Shown: positions 46,445-57,888 of the stretch, one piece after another
Layout of the letters: the number at the start of each line of letters is the position of its first letter
Numbering within the stretch: the first letter of the stretch is position 1
DNA from: Hyaloraphidium curvatum SAG 235-1
Taxonomy: Eukaryota > Fungi > Monoblepharomycota
NCBI GenBank assembly: GCA_025558095.1
Contig: JAIVFI010000027.1
Coordinates: forward strand, 248,001-312,000
DNA length: 64,000 bases
Reading direction: 5' to 3'
The notes under the pieces: generated by a model
What the model saw: the letters and a program-made list of their open reading frames with translations, nothing else
Database searches by the model: none
Told to the model about the DNA's origin: nothing
Translations under genes and position numbers: made by a program

Positions 46445-47064
46445 CATTTAGAGTTAGAACAGCGTATGTTGTTCGCGAAGGCAGAGTACTCTTTTAGTGG
46501 CGGCTGCATAGAAGTAGTCGACAATTGAAGCGGTGCCTGGCCCGTGCTCTTTATTGGGCGGAGTTTGGCGACAATCACGGAATCCAGAAAAGATGGCCAC
46601 AAAGCCGAACCATGCAGGTTCCAATGCATATTATGAGCCTCTGAGGGACGATAATGCTGCCTTGTGGCCATTTGGCCGTTATGGGTGGGCCTCGTGTACT
46701 TGCACAATCTACTGATCCCAGCCGGAATTGACTTCACCTCCCAAACGACCTATTTCGATCCAAGGGCCACAAACTTGCAGCTCTTTGATGCTTCCTTTGT
46801 GCGGCGCTTTGCGCCGCGGCCCAAAAGGGCGGCGGCCGCAGGCCGCCTCCACCCCGCTCCTCCACATCTCCCACCGACAAAAACGATCTCGGCTTTGAAG
46901 CGACGCTGCTATAGTAATAATCCCGTCAATTGACTGATTTTGACAAAGCATCTACACCTGACCAACATGGATAGAACCAACCCAACGACATCGCGCTCCA
47001 CATCCACGATCACTCGGCCGGCGCCCTGCTGCGCGCCGCCTCACGCCCCGCCTCCCGCGCGAGG
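46374..47064 (+). repeat. Direct repeat A (copy at 52047-52562); near-identical 284-bp core 46781-47064
   Basis: Core differs from 52279-52562 at ~3 positions; the outer part (amidase 3' end and flank) is visibly more diverged. Confidence 0.93.
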
Positions 47065-50000
47065 TCGATCAGCCAGACCGGCTGCGTTCCAGGCGGCCTT
47101 TGCTCGCAGTCCTTGGGGGAACCGGTACGGCACATCCGGCAAGGGCCAGGCATGCCAGGAGGAGGAACGAACATCTTGTGGAAGCCACGGCAGCAGCAGC
47201 AGCCGCACTGGACGAGCCAGTCGGCGCGTTCCGTACGCACGGTCTTGGTCGGGTGCTTCGGGTCCTGCACGTGCCACATCCGAACGAGCTTGCCCTCCAG
47301 ATCCCGGAGAAGGCCGTCGGCGGGCATCGCCTTGTCCTTGCCCTTGAGCTAGCGGTTGAGCTTGAACTCGCGGTAGCCCTGGGCCAGGCGGAGGTTGTAG
47401 CCCGAGGCGTCGAAATCCGGGGTGTGTGCTTCGACGGGCACCGGCCACATCGCGCACTGATTCATTGCCCGCTTGCCCGCGTGGTTCTCGCACATCGTGC
47501 AAAGGAGCGGCGGGGCGAGACTGGCCAAAGCAATAGAAGGTCAGCACACCCAATCCCCGCACCATGCAGGCCGAAACCCACTCTCGGCAAGGGCAGCAGC
47601 GCCCGTTGCACTTGTCGTCCGCCGTTTCATCCCTGTGCGTGCTCCCATCCTTGCCTCCGCTCCGCAGCCGCTCCCGTGCCGCCTCCTCGCCCTTCCTCTG
47701 TGCGATCCAGGCCACGGCACAGAGGTACGGTCGGCGGTCGGGGTTCTCGGGGTCGCACTTGCCGCACCACAATCCCTCAGCCTGCCGGGACCGAAGGAGA
47801 TGAGCAAAGGCAGCACAGAGAGCAACGATCGGGCCCTCACTCCGCGACCGGAGTCGATGCAACAGTAGATGCAGTCGGAGTGGCCTTGACGACGGAACTT
47901 GCCGTCCTGGGTCAGGCCGACGCCGCGCTCGAAGAGGGCGATCGCGTCGACGGCGGCGGTCGCCTTGGGAAACTCGTTCTTGAATATGCTGCTTTTGCGA
48001 TAGCTGAAGTAGGCGGCAAAGAAGAGGGTGGTGAGTAGTGCGGCCTAGACAGGTACTGTGAATAATGGTCCCACGTTGCGGCATCATAGGCATGGTGACA
48101 GCCTTCGTGCATCACGGTCCTTGTGTCTTGCATTTTGCGGAGCTCGTCCAACAGGAAGCGGGCATCTCCCGGAGACGGAGGGTTTCGACCGTAAAGAACT
48201 TGCCGAACTGCCTCCCGGAAGACGCTCTCATGCATGGCGTAACCCGGGCGAAGACTCCTGTCCAGGTAGAATGCCCATCGCGGGATTTCGGGAAACTTGA
48301 TGACGAGGTCGTCGTAGTGCGGACGATAGGAGCCCTGCTCATGACGGCGTAATGAGCAACAGCATCACAGACGGCAGAACCAACGACCCACATCACCTGC
48401 CCTTGTGGCGGCGGCAGGGGATGTTTCAAAAGGATCCTGATGAGGCAAGGGCTATCAATCGCGGCCGTCGGCGGAAAGGTCAGCAATCCTACCTCGCCCT
48501 CGATCAGACCGGAAGCAGAAGCCAACAGCTGGTCAAAGTTCACTCCGGCAAAGAAGGCCCCGGCGCCGAACTCCTCGGGCGGCTGCCAGCCCCGGTAAGC
48601 TCGGCCATACTTGCCCGGGTTGTCCTCGCCGTCCTCGGGATCCGAAGCATAGGCGTACGCGGCCGGTCCGTCTTCTTGCCATGGGTCATCGCGGCCCTTC
48701 CACGGGCAGTTGACCGACTCGCAACCGCGGCGAAGCTTCTTCTGCGCCGACTCGAGGTTGACGGAATCAAGCTCGTCCAGAGTGCCTTCCTCGAGCCGCT
48801 CGCCGTACATAGCGTTGTGCTTGCCACGGTTCGTGTCCAAAGCGGTCGCATTGTGGGTCACGCAGACGGGGCCCACGGGCAGCTGCATTTCCTGTACCAT
48901 GGCCACGCGGTCGGCGACAGTGCCATTCGGCAGCGTCTGCGACAAGTTGACGCCCTTGATTCCCGTCTCGTTGCCTTCATGCGGGCTCGTGCCGTGGCCC
49001 ACGTGGAGGTGAGCGCCGAAGCCGTCTGCCCACGTGACGGGGCAGCCGGGGGCGGAGCAAGCCAAGCCCTCCGGAGGCACAACGTTCAGCTTCTGCAAAT
49101 GGACCACAAATCAGCGTGGCACACAACGTTGATCGCGAGAAGCACCTGGCCCATCTTCTGGGTGATATAGGACTTCTGGAAGTCCTTGATGATCATGGCA
49201 CGCAGCAGCTTGAGGCGCGCGTCGTACCCGTCCTTGCCCCCGGCTGGCTGCTCGAGCCAGGCCTTGGTCTCCGGATACCGGTTGAGGACGACGATCAGAG
49301 CTTCCGACAGGATGGTGTCCGTCGGCTGAAGCCGCGAGTCCATGTAGCCTTGGAACGTCGAGAAGGGTCCGGCCGGGACGCTGTCGAATTTCTCGAGTGC
49401 CCTTCGGATCTGGTTGTCCTCCGTCGCCTCTGCAAATGCGAGACGAAATCAGGCTTGCCATGGCGCTAAGCTCGAGACGACAGACGTACCACGCCTCGCG
49501 CGTTCCCGGCGTGCCTTGGCGTTGATGAGTTGACCTTCCTTGAGCTGCTTCTTGAGCTTCTCCGCACAGCCGACGGTGCACGTCCACATCCTGTTGCCGC
49601 TTGGTAGCTGAACCCCTTTGTCGGCTCCGAAGCCCGGGCAGCCCGGAAGCGCACACTGGAAGAACGGAAAGGCAGCCTAACGTGAGGAATGGCTGCATCT
49701 AAAGCGGCATGAACACGTACGGGCTTCCTTGTGGACAAAACAAGGGCCGAGTCGGTAGACGCCTCGTCGTCGGGCTCGACAACCTCGATCATGCCGTCCT
49801 GCGGACGGCTTTGAGCCAGGTATGGGCAAAGGAAGCGCTGGAGGCACGCACCACTTGAGCTTCCGCGCCGGCAAAGAGCACCCTGGGGACGCTTGCGGCG
49901 CGCTTCTTCTTGACCTTGCCCGCCTTGGTCTCCGGTTTGCTGGATGTTTCCTGAACGGGGAATCAGTGCCGTGAACGGCGACGTCAGGCGATCGCGCGTT

Positions 50001-50529
50001 TGCCGACCTCCGTCTTGGCTTCTGGCGACGCAGCTCCGATCTTGACGTCGAGTTTGCTGGATGCCTTGCCCTTCTTCTTCCTCACGTTCGGCGAGAGTGG
50101 TCCTGAAGAACAACAAGAACAACGGGAAGCATTAGGTCAGAAACACGGACCACGAGCAATCCACGTGCCTTTGATCAAGTTCTCCTCCCGCTCGGAATCC
50201 TCCGACGACGACGTTTCGACGGCACGCCGGTTCTTCCTCTTCTTGCTCTGGAAGCTGTGCTCGAACGGGTCGTAGTCGTCATCTACACGCGGGCCGCGGT
50301 CAGCTTCCGGGCAGATACGGCGAACGTGGCTTGAGTACGCACCCGACGAGTCCCGTTTGGCGGCTCGAACACGTTTGCTCTGTTTCGACTGGCCGTGGAC
50401 GGTCTTGCCCTTGCGCGGCAGGTCGTCGTCCGAATCCTGCGGCGGCCCACCGCCGGGCAGGCGGAGGATCTTTGATTCGCGCACCTCGGCCCTCGTGGGC
50501 CGCGGCGCGGCAGCGTCCGAGTCTCCCAT
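47010..50529 (-). CDS. Large orphan multi-exon Cys/His-rich protein with HNH-like motif(s); in-frame TAG at 47349-47351 (possible pseudogene)
   Basis: Coherent exons separated by GT-AG introns; basic N-terminus; CALPGC..CTVGC, CSAPGC..AHLHVGH..PVCVTHN, CESVNC..VMHEGCHH, CIYCC, CGKC, CTMC, CGCCCC..CRMC. FKLNR*LKGKDK is in frame with ORF 47010-47327. Confidence 0.65.
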
Positions 50530-52046
50530 GGCTGCGTGGTGTCCCGAGCCCAGCAGCGGCGCAGGAAGGTGCCCGCCGGTGCCGCGGTCCGGCGCTGCCC
50601 CGCCCGGCTTGGGGCGCTCGGGGGCGGTCGCAGGCGTGCGCCGAGGCCGGGAAAAGGGCGAAGTTTCGGGAAACGCGTCCGCGCGACGTTCTGCGCCGCG
50701 AAAGTGCGGGGCAGAAGGGGTGTCCGTCCGCGGGGCGAGTTGCGATTCGAAAGGAGTTCGCAGGGGCGCCGCCGGTCCCTCAAAACCCAACCAATCGCGG
50801 CGCGACCAACTCGCCGCCAAACCGGGCGGAGCACTCCAAATCCGTCGCAAAACAGCCAATGACGACGCCTGCCGCAGACGGGCGGGGGGATTCCCCCTCC
50901 CAGGCGCGTCGCGGCCAGCCGTGATCACGTTGGTGCGACGGCCAACGAGTCCCGCCCGACTGCCCTCGAGTGGCGTTGCCGCACGCGTCTAGGCCTCCAA
51001 TCGGGCGTCATGATCGACTGTCCTTCCGCTGGCGGCGTGTTGGCCGTTCAGATGGCCTCCTCGGCGAGCGGAGGGGGCGACGGGCTGCGCACAGTCAGCG
51101 TCTCTTTGCCCCGCGTCGCCCGCCTCGGTCGGCCTCTGGAGGCCCCTTCTGCGGGTTCATCTTGCTCCAGGAGGGTGGGAAACTTTTCCGGCATCGAGCC
51201 TTGGAGCCTCGGTCATCGCCGGGCGTCGGATTCCGAACGGTCGCTCGGGGCAACTCCGGTTCGCGTGCCCGCCGAGGATTCCGCCGGCGACAACCAGTGG
51301 GCCCCAATCTCGACCGCCTATCCATGGGAACACACGGTCACCGAGATGGAGACTTGGAGGCGTGGTGGAGAGCGGCAGTCGGTCCCCCGTGAAGTGGGCG
51401 TCGGGTCGGCGGGTCTCCCAGCTCGAACCGGCCAGCTTCTCCATGCTCGGCATGTTCATCGGTGTTTTGAGGTGCCCACCATCGTCCCGGCCGTCTCGAA
51501 GGACGACGGCATCTTCCCGACAAGCGTGGATCACGTGGGACGGCGGTCAGGGGGACGGCGCGCCCTCGGCTGCCTCGGGCGACGGCGCCGGCGGGAATGC
51601 CCCGGATCCGACCTCCCTTTCGAACTCAGAGGAGGATCTCGGAGGTTGGCGGCACTCTGCAGGCAGAGCGGGGGGAATGCGATGCGGGTGGCGGGAGCGC
51701 GCCTTCCGCTCGAGGGATATCGTGCCTGCCCCCTGAACAGCGGCGACCTTCAAGCAACCCGAGGGCCCGTGCGGGAGACTGAATCCGAAAGAAGGCAATC
51801 AACGGAATCGTACCTGATCGTTCTTTTGCAGGATCGCGCCAAGCCGTCGGATCAGATACCGTCCGTGAACGCCTATAGCCACCAAATTCTCCGACCGCTT
51901 GCCAGGTTCATTAGCCGGCCAAATATGATACAACAAAAATTAGATTCGATTAGCTGGGGAGCAAGCGACGGCATGCGGGTGTCGCAGAAGGCCTTTCCCC
52001 GCACCTCCGACACCTCCAAAACGCCCCACCAACAGCAAAAGGCGGA

Positions 52047-52562
52047 TGGCCTTGGCGTATGATTACGAGCAGGCTTTCGGCGGGAGAGTGGGGCTTGCCA
52101 AGGAGTTGATGAGCTAGCATTCAAACTTAGAAGAGCAATTTTTGTTCGCGAAGACAGAGTAGTTTGAAATGGCGGCTAAATGAAGTAGTCGACGGGCTGG
52201 CCCAAATCTGCCGATCCGACCCGGTATCTACTCCACTTCCCAAAAGACCGACTTCTATCCGAGCGCGACGGAAATTTCCTCTTTGATGCTTCCTTTGTGC
52301 GGCGCTTTGCGCCGCGGCCCAGAAGGGCGGCGGCCGCAGGCCGCCTCCACCCCGCTCCTCCACATCCCCCACCGACAAAAACGATCTCGGCTTTGAAGCG
52401 ACGCTGCTATCGTAATAATCCCGTCAATTGACTGATTTTGACAAAGCATCTACACCTGACCAACATGGATAGAACCAACCCAACGACATCGCGCTCCACA
52501 TCCACGATCACTCGGCCGGCGCCCTGCTGCGCGCCGCCTCACGCCCCGCCTCCCGCGCGAGG
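52047..52562 (+). repeat. Direct repeat B (duplicated 3' ends of the amidase and the orphan gene)
   Basis: Contains gattacgagcaggctttcggcgg..gagctag (amidase end) and, on the minus strand, LAREAGREAARSRAPAE* (orphan gene end). Confidence 0.93.
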
Positions 52563-52585
52563 CCGCTGCCAAAGGATCCAACCGA

Positions 52586-52648
52586 GGGGCAACGGAACGG
52601 TCCACGGGGCAACGGAATGGTCCACGAGGCACCGGATGGGTCCACGGG
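52586..52648 (+). repeat. 20-bp tandem repeat x3
   Basis: ggggcaacggaacggtccac / ggggcaacggaatggtccac / gaggcaccggatgggtccac. Confidence 0.85.
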
Positions 52649-52904
52649 TGCGGATCTGATCACCCACCACGGCCCCAGCCGGACACCAGCCCCAACCGCG
52701 CCGGCGTTCAGGGAACGAAAACGCGGACGTGCCAGCACGAGCGAGGAGTGGAAAACGAGCGATGGAGTGAAGAACCGGCGAGGAGTGCGCTTGTTGGGTC
52801 TTGGTGGCGCCTCCCTCCCTCCGTGCGCTCCCTGCCCCCCCCCCCTACTCAAAATCCTAAACTCACTTCACCAAAAACTCACTTCACCAAAAACTCGACG
52901 TAAG

Positions 52905-52991
52905 GGGGCAAGCTGGGATTTGAACCCAGGGCCACTCCGAACTCCGAGACGGAAACCCGAACGGAGTATGATGCCACTACACCACATGCCC
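52905..52991 (-). tRNA. tRNA-Pro(CGG) with 15-nt intron
   Basis: GGGCATG TG GTGTAGTGGCATCAT A CTCCG TT-CGG-G[TTTCCGTCTCGGAGT]T CGGAG TGGCC CTGGG TTCAAAT CCCAG CTTGCCC C; 72 nt mature; T5 terminator downstream. Confidence 0.92.
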
Positions 52992-53519
52992 AATTTTGAT
53001 CGAAGTTCTAGATGATTCTGGGGAGCTGGAAGGCTAGGGCACTGGGAACGAGGCGGGGGCCTCCACAACCCGCTCCCTCTCCTTTCAAGCGCCGCTGAAA
53101 AAAACAGAGATTCGATGCCACTGAACCACATGCCCCCACCAATCGAGGTTCTAGCCGGTTCTGGGGACCTGGAGGGGTCGGAGGCTCGGGGGTAGGCCGT
53201 GTACGGCCCGGCGCCGCCTGACTTGTCCCTTGCTCTGCGCCCCACAGACGAAACGCCGGGCGGGCACGCGATGCCAGCGACCGCCATCCGCGGATCGTTC
53301 GCCGATTGGGTCCATCGAGTGGCCTTTGGACTGTAGGTTGCTGCTGGTGACCGAAGCGCTGCCGTGGGCGCCTCGAGAAGCCTGATCTCGCCCGCCGATT
53401 ACACCGATCAAACGTCAGAACAGCACCGAACATGTCTGGTATGGTTGATTCACAGCTTCGGTGCCCGTCAGCATCCGAGAGGGCAGCCGGGACGGGGCAG
53501 TGAGGCAGCTACAGACCCC
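52954..53519 (-). repeat. Inverted repeat IR2, right arm
   Basis: Reverse complement of 43962-44655; includes a decayed tRNA-Pro 5' half at ~53105-53135. Confidence 0.92.
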
Positions 53520-54064
53520 GTAGAAGAGTGCTCTAGCTGCGGCATGCGGGCATTTTCAGGTCCATTGATGGCCTAAGCACTCTAGAATAGCGGCGTAGCG
53601 AATATCCTCGATGGGTGCTCGTTGATGTTTAGTCGTCGGCGACCCGCCAAGGTCCTTGTGCGGTCACTTCGGAACTGACATTGGAGCCATCCGGGCTCGC
53701 TGGTTGCAAAAATGATGTATCTCCCACTAGACTTTTGTTTCCTCCGGATTGGGGATAGCGGCGTGCAAGTAGCAGATCGACGTTGCGGTCCGGCGCGCCG
53801 CGAATGGCCAGCCCTGTGGGATGGAATTGGGCAGAATCGCGATTCATCTTGTCCATTTCATCCTTTTGATTGCTCTCCCGCAATTGGGAATCGCCAAGAC
53901 TTTCGCTTTCCGGAAGGTTGGGGAAGGCCGTGGAGATCTCTGCGCGCGTTTTGCCGCTTTCCCGACCTGTTGACCCGACCGCACCGCTTCCCGGACAGTC
54001 GGACAGTCTCCCGTTGGGCCTGTGACGCCATCGCGGACCGTCTGGACGCTCTCGATATTCTGCA

Positions 54065-55151
54065 ATGGCGTTCCAGCATGACTCGCTGTACGCCGGCAAG
54101 TTCGAGGGCCAGCTCGGCGTCTTTGTCCGCCCGGGCTCGGAGGACGTGCCCGCCGAGACGGTCGTCATCCGCGCGCCGCCGCTGCTCGCCGAGAAGGACG
54201 CTTCTTTGGACCCCCTGCGCCGCTGCATGAAGCTGGCGCTGGGCCTGCGCTCCGCCGACCCCGCCGTGGTCGAGGCCCTGTACCCGCGCGAGCAGGAGTT
54301 CGAGGAGGAGTTGGTGGACAGGAAGGCCGTCACGGAAGCGGCCGAGAAGCTCATGGAGGAGCAGCCCAAGTGGGAGGAAGAGGGCGTCGATTTCTCGGCC
54401 ATGGAGCCGGAGGAGCGGAAAAAGATCGTCTGGCTCTTCGAGAAGGCCTACAACAACGTCCTCTACACCGCTCAGGGCAGCATCATCTTTGGCGGCATGG
54501 CGCACTACCTCAACCACTCGTGCATGCCCAACGCCGTGTGGAAGGTCGATTCGGAGACTGGGGAGCTGATTGTCAAGACCGTCAAGAATGTCGAGGCTAA
54601 CGAGGAGATCACCATCGGCTACTTTGCCATCCGGGACAGCAAGGTGGGGTTCCCTCGCGGCTTTGGTCCATCATCGGCTCATTCTCGACGTTCCACGCCG
54701 CCATCGTCGAAAACGCTTGCCGCTCGCCCGCGATCACGGACTCCAGGTCGACCTCTTCTCGGAGCTCGGCGAGTACTACGGTTTCACGTGCCACTGCGAC
54801 CCCTGCATGATGGTGTACCGCATCATCGATCCGGACCGCTTCCCGCCGCCGGACGAGGAGCGCAAGATCACCATCGAGAAGCCGCTGCGCCTCAGCCAGA
54901 TGCCGTACCTGCTGAACTGGTACCAGAACACCTGCACCTGGTGCGGCAAGCGGCCGGAGAAGCTCCTCACGTGCTCCCGGTGCCAGGCGGCAAAGTTCTG
55001 CAACCGGGATTGCCAGGCTGCCGACTGGGCGGCCCTCCACAAGGGGTTCTGCCCCACGATGAAGGAATGGCGCGAGACGGGCGTGATCGTCACCCCGAAG
55101 CCCGTGGCCAAGCCGGAGGAAGCGGCGGCGCCCGTCGTGGAAGCCGACTGA
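54065..55151 (+). CDS. SET-domain protein with post-SET Cys motif and C-terminal MYND finger
   Basis: YLNHSCMPNA, EEITIGY, YGFTCHCDPC, CTWC..CSRC..FCNRDCQAADW..HKGFC; one intron. Confidence 0.9.
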
Positions 55152-55295
55152 AGGTTACGCGGAGTTGAGCGGAGCAATCTTGGCTTGTAGCCCGGCAATC
55201 GAAAGAGCTTCCCTGGTGATCGTGTTGGAAATTGCAGCGAGACAGCACCAAAACCAGCCTCCGTCTTTTCACGCCGGCTGGCCTCTCCCGGCACG

Positions 55296-55954
55296 ATGTC
55301 GTCTTTCGACGCGTCGCTGCTGCCCGGCACGGACCCGCAGTACCTCCCCGGCGCCGCGGGCCTCGTCGAAGTCGTCGACAGTGCGTCCGCGGGCGACTTC
55401 CCCCTGAACGGCCCTGACGCCGCCCGTTCCCGCCGCATCGCGCCCACGGTCCATTGTTTCCCGCAGAGAAACTCCTCGTTATCCTCCGCGACGGCCGCAA
55501 GGTCGTCGGCATCCTCCGGTCGTACGACCAGTACGCCAACCTGGTCCTGCAGGACGCGGTGGAGCGGATCATCGTGGACGGGCGGTACGGGGACATCCCG
55601 CGAGGCGTGTTCGTCATCCGAGGGGAGAACGTGGTGCTGCTGGGAGAGATTGTGGGTTCCAGGCCGCGGGCCGCGGTCCGGGAAGAGGACTGACGCGCTG
55701 CCGCGTGGGAAGGACGAGACAAAGGACGAGACGCCGGGGCTGAAGCAGGTGCCCATCGCGGAGATTCTGGCGGCGCAGAAGAAGGAGAACGAGGCGCGGC
55801 GGCATCGGGAACTGTTAAAGCAGAAGGTGGGTGGTCTCTTCGACGCTTCAGAAGAGCTGTCTAACTGCTCTCCGGGCGCCGTCCGTCTTTCGTGCGGCCA
55901 AATCAGGCTCTCGGCGTGAGCTACGAGGTGTCCGAGGGCATGGACAACTACTAG
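55296..55954 (+). CDS. LSM1: Sm-like protein Lsm1
   Basis: LVEVVD|[52 protein letters not shown]; last exon 55907-55954. Confidence 0.95.
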
Positions 55955-56220
55955 CCTCCTCGAGGAATGCCCCCGCGCCCCCTCCTCCCCCTCCTTCCCT
56001 CTCTTGCGATACCTGCCTCGGCCGCCGGTCTAGACCGCCATACCCGCGATACCCGGACGCCATAATGTAGCAACGGCACGGAATGGTGCCAACACGATGT
56101 TTGGCACCGAAAGCTGGCGGCCACCGAGATCGCAGGCCCACATCCGGATCGCACATGCCCATGTTCCCAAAACCGGGATTACAAGCAATCTCCACGCCCC
56201 GCTAAGCATCCGAATCCGCC

Positions 56221-57736
56221 CTACGCAAACGCGCCGACGATGGCCTTGGTGAACTCGGTCGTCTTTGCGCTCCCGCCCAGGTCCGGCGTGCGCACGGCGC
56301 CCTGCGCGATGACCTTGTGCAGCGCGCTCGAGATGCGGTTCGCGTGCTCGTCCAGGCCCAGGTGGCGGAGCATCCAGCATGCGGAGAGGATCATGGCGGT
56401 GGGGTTGGCAACGTTTTGGTGCTGCGGGGAACAAAGCTCAGCGGAAGGCATATCGGCGACGGGGGGGCGACGGACCTCGATGTCCTTGCCGACGTGCCGG
56501 CAGCCGGGCTCAAAGACGGCGTACTGCGAGCCGATGTTGCTGCCGGGGATGATGCCGGGGCCGCCGACGAGGGCGGCGCCGATGTTGGAGAGGATGTTGC
56601 CGTAGAGGTTGCCGCACACGACCACGTCGAACTGCTGCGGCTTGGCAACCATCTGCGGTTCAGGAGTTGCGATCAGTTATTGTCCCCAGGCAGGCACGTT
56701 CTGTGCGCAAGAAGACGGACCTGCATCGAGGCGTTGTCGACAATCATGTCCGAGAACTTGATGCCCACGTTCTCGTACTGCTTGGCCACCTCGCGGCAGA
56801 CGGAGAGGAAGAGACCGTCCGAAAGCTTCCTAGTGGGCCGGGGCAAGCAACACGTCAACACTGGGGAAGGCAAGTGCCTGGCGCCGAAACCAACATGATG
56901 TTGGCCTTGTGGATGGCCGTGACCTTCTTCCGGCCGTTCTTGAGCGCGAAATCAAAGGCAAACTTTGCTATCCGCTCCGTCTTTGCCCGGCTGACGATCT
57001 TGAGCGACTCGATGACCCCGGGAACCGGCTGCCGAGATTCGCGCCCTGAGTTCCACAATGACGCGTTGCGCAACAAGAAAAGCAGCACCTGGTGTTCCAG
57101 CCCGCTGTATTCGCCCTCGGTGTTCTCGCGGATGATGGCAAAGTCGACGCCGCCGTGCCGGGTCGGGAAGCCCTCAAGGTTCCGGATGTGCGACAGCGAC
57201 GCGAAGATGTCCAGGTCCCGCCGCAGCATGACGTTGAACGACACGTGCCCCAGGCGCGCCGTGGGCGTGAACAAGATGCCTGGAATGGGGAATGCTCGAC
57301 CGGGGCGGCTCCGGAGCCGGGGGTGCGGCCCACCTTTCAGGCCGACCTTGTTCCTGCGCAGACTGACCAGGGCCGCCTCCAGCAGGCCCCTGTCCTGCTT
57401 GTCCGCGTAGCCCGACACGTTGTACTGCTCCCACTCGACCGGCACGCCCGACGCCTTGAAGATTGCCTTGACCGAGTCGGTCAGCTCGGAGCCGATGCCG
57501 TCGCCGGGCAGCAGCGTGACGGTGTACGTGCCGCCGTAGACGGTGCCCTCGAACGGGCCCGCGTTGACGGTCGGCAGCTCCTCGATCGACGTCGCGTAGC
57601 CGCGGCGCGGCGTCGGGCGCGCGCGGGGCGGCGCGCGGGGGGCCGCCACGCCCAGCGGCGCCAGCACGGGGCCGCCGGCGGACAGCGCGCCGCGCAGGCA
57701 GCGCGTCGGCCGCGCGATGGCGGCGAGCGGGTTCAT
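56221..57736 (-). CDS. IDH1: NAD-dependent isocitrate dehydrogenase regulatory subunit 1
   Basis: YGGTYTVTLLPGDGIG, IIRENTEGEYSGLEH, HKANIM|KLSDGLF, IVDNASMQ, NLYGNILSNIGAALVGGPG (Asn in place of catalytic Asp marks the IDH1 type). Confidence 0.95.
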
Positions 57737-57888
57737 GGCCGGTGGTATCGCGGCGTGACGCGGAGGGTGGCGTCGACCTCAGACCCTGGCTTCGATCCAC
57801 TCCGCGTGCTCCAAATCCAGGACACGCCTTCGCAGCCTTGTGACCCGCAAACACCGCTACGCCCACACGAAACCATGCAATTCAGATC

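Noticed and set aside
17599-47351. Stop-codon reassignment suggested by in-frame TGA (17599) and TAG (47349)
   Set aside because: Conserved genes here terminate normally at TGA (KDM5, P450) and TAG (RNR2, RPL36, LSM1); single transitions in accessory genes explain both.
51010-52062. 350-aa plus-strand ORF and overlapping minus-strand ORFs
   Set aside because: Arg/Gly/Ser-rich composition typical of spurious GC-rich ORFs; no motif or coherent splice model.
46374-52562. Direct repeats as LTRs
   Set aside because: No TG..CA ends and no gag/RT/integrase; the repeat contains the 3' ends of two genes.
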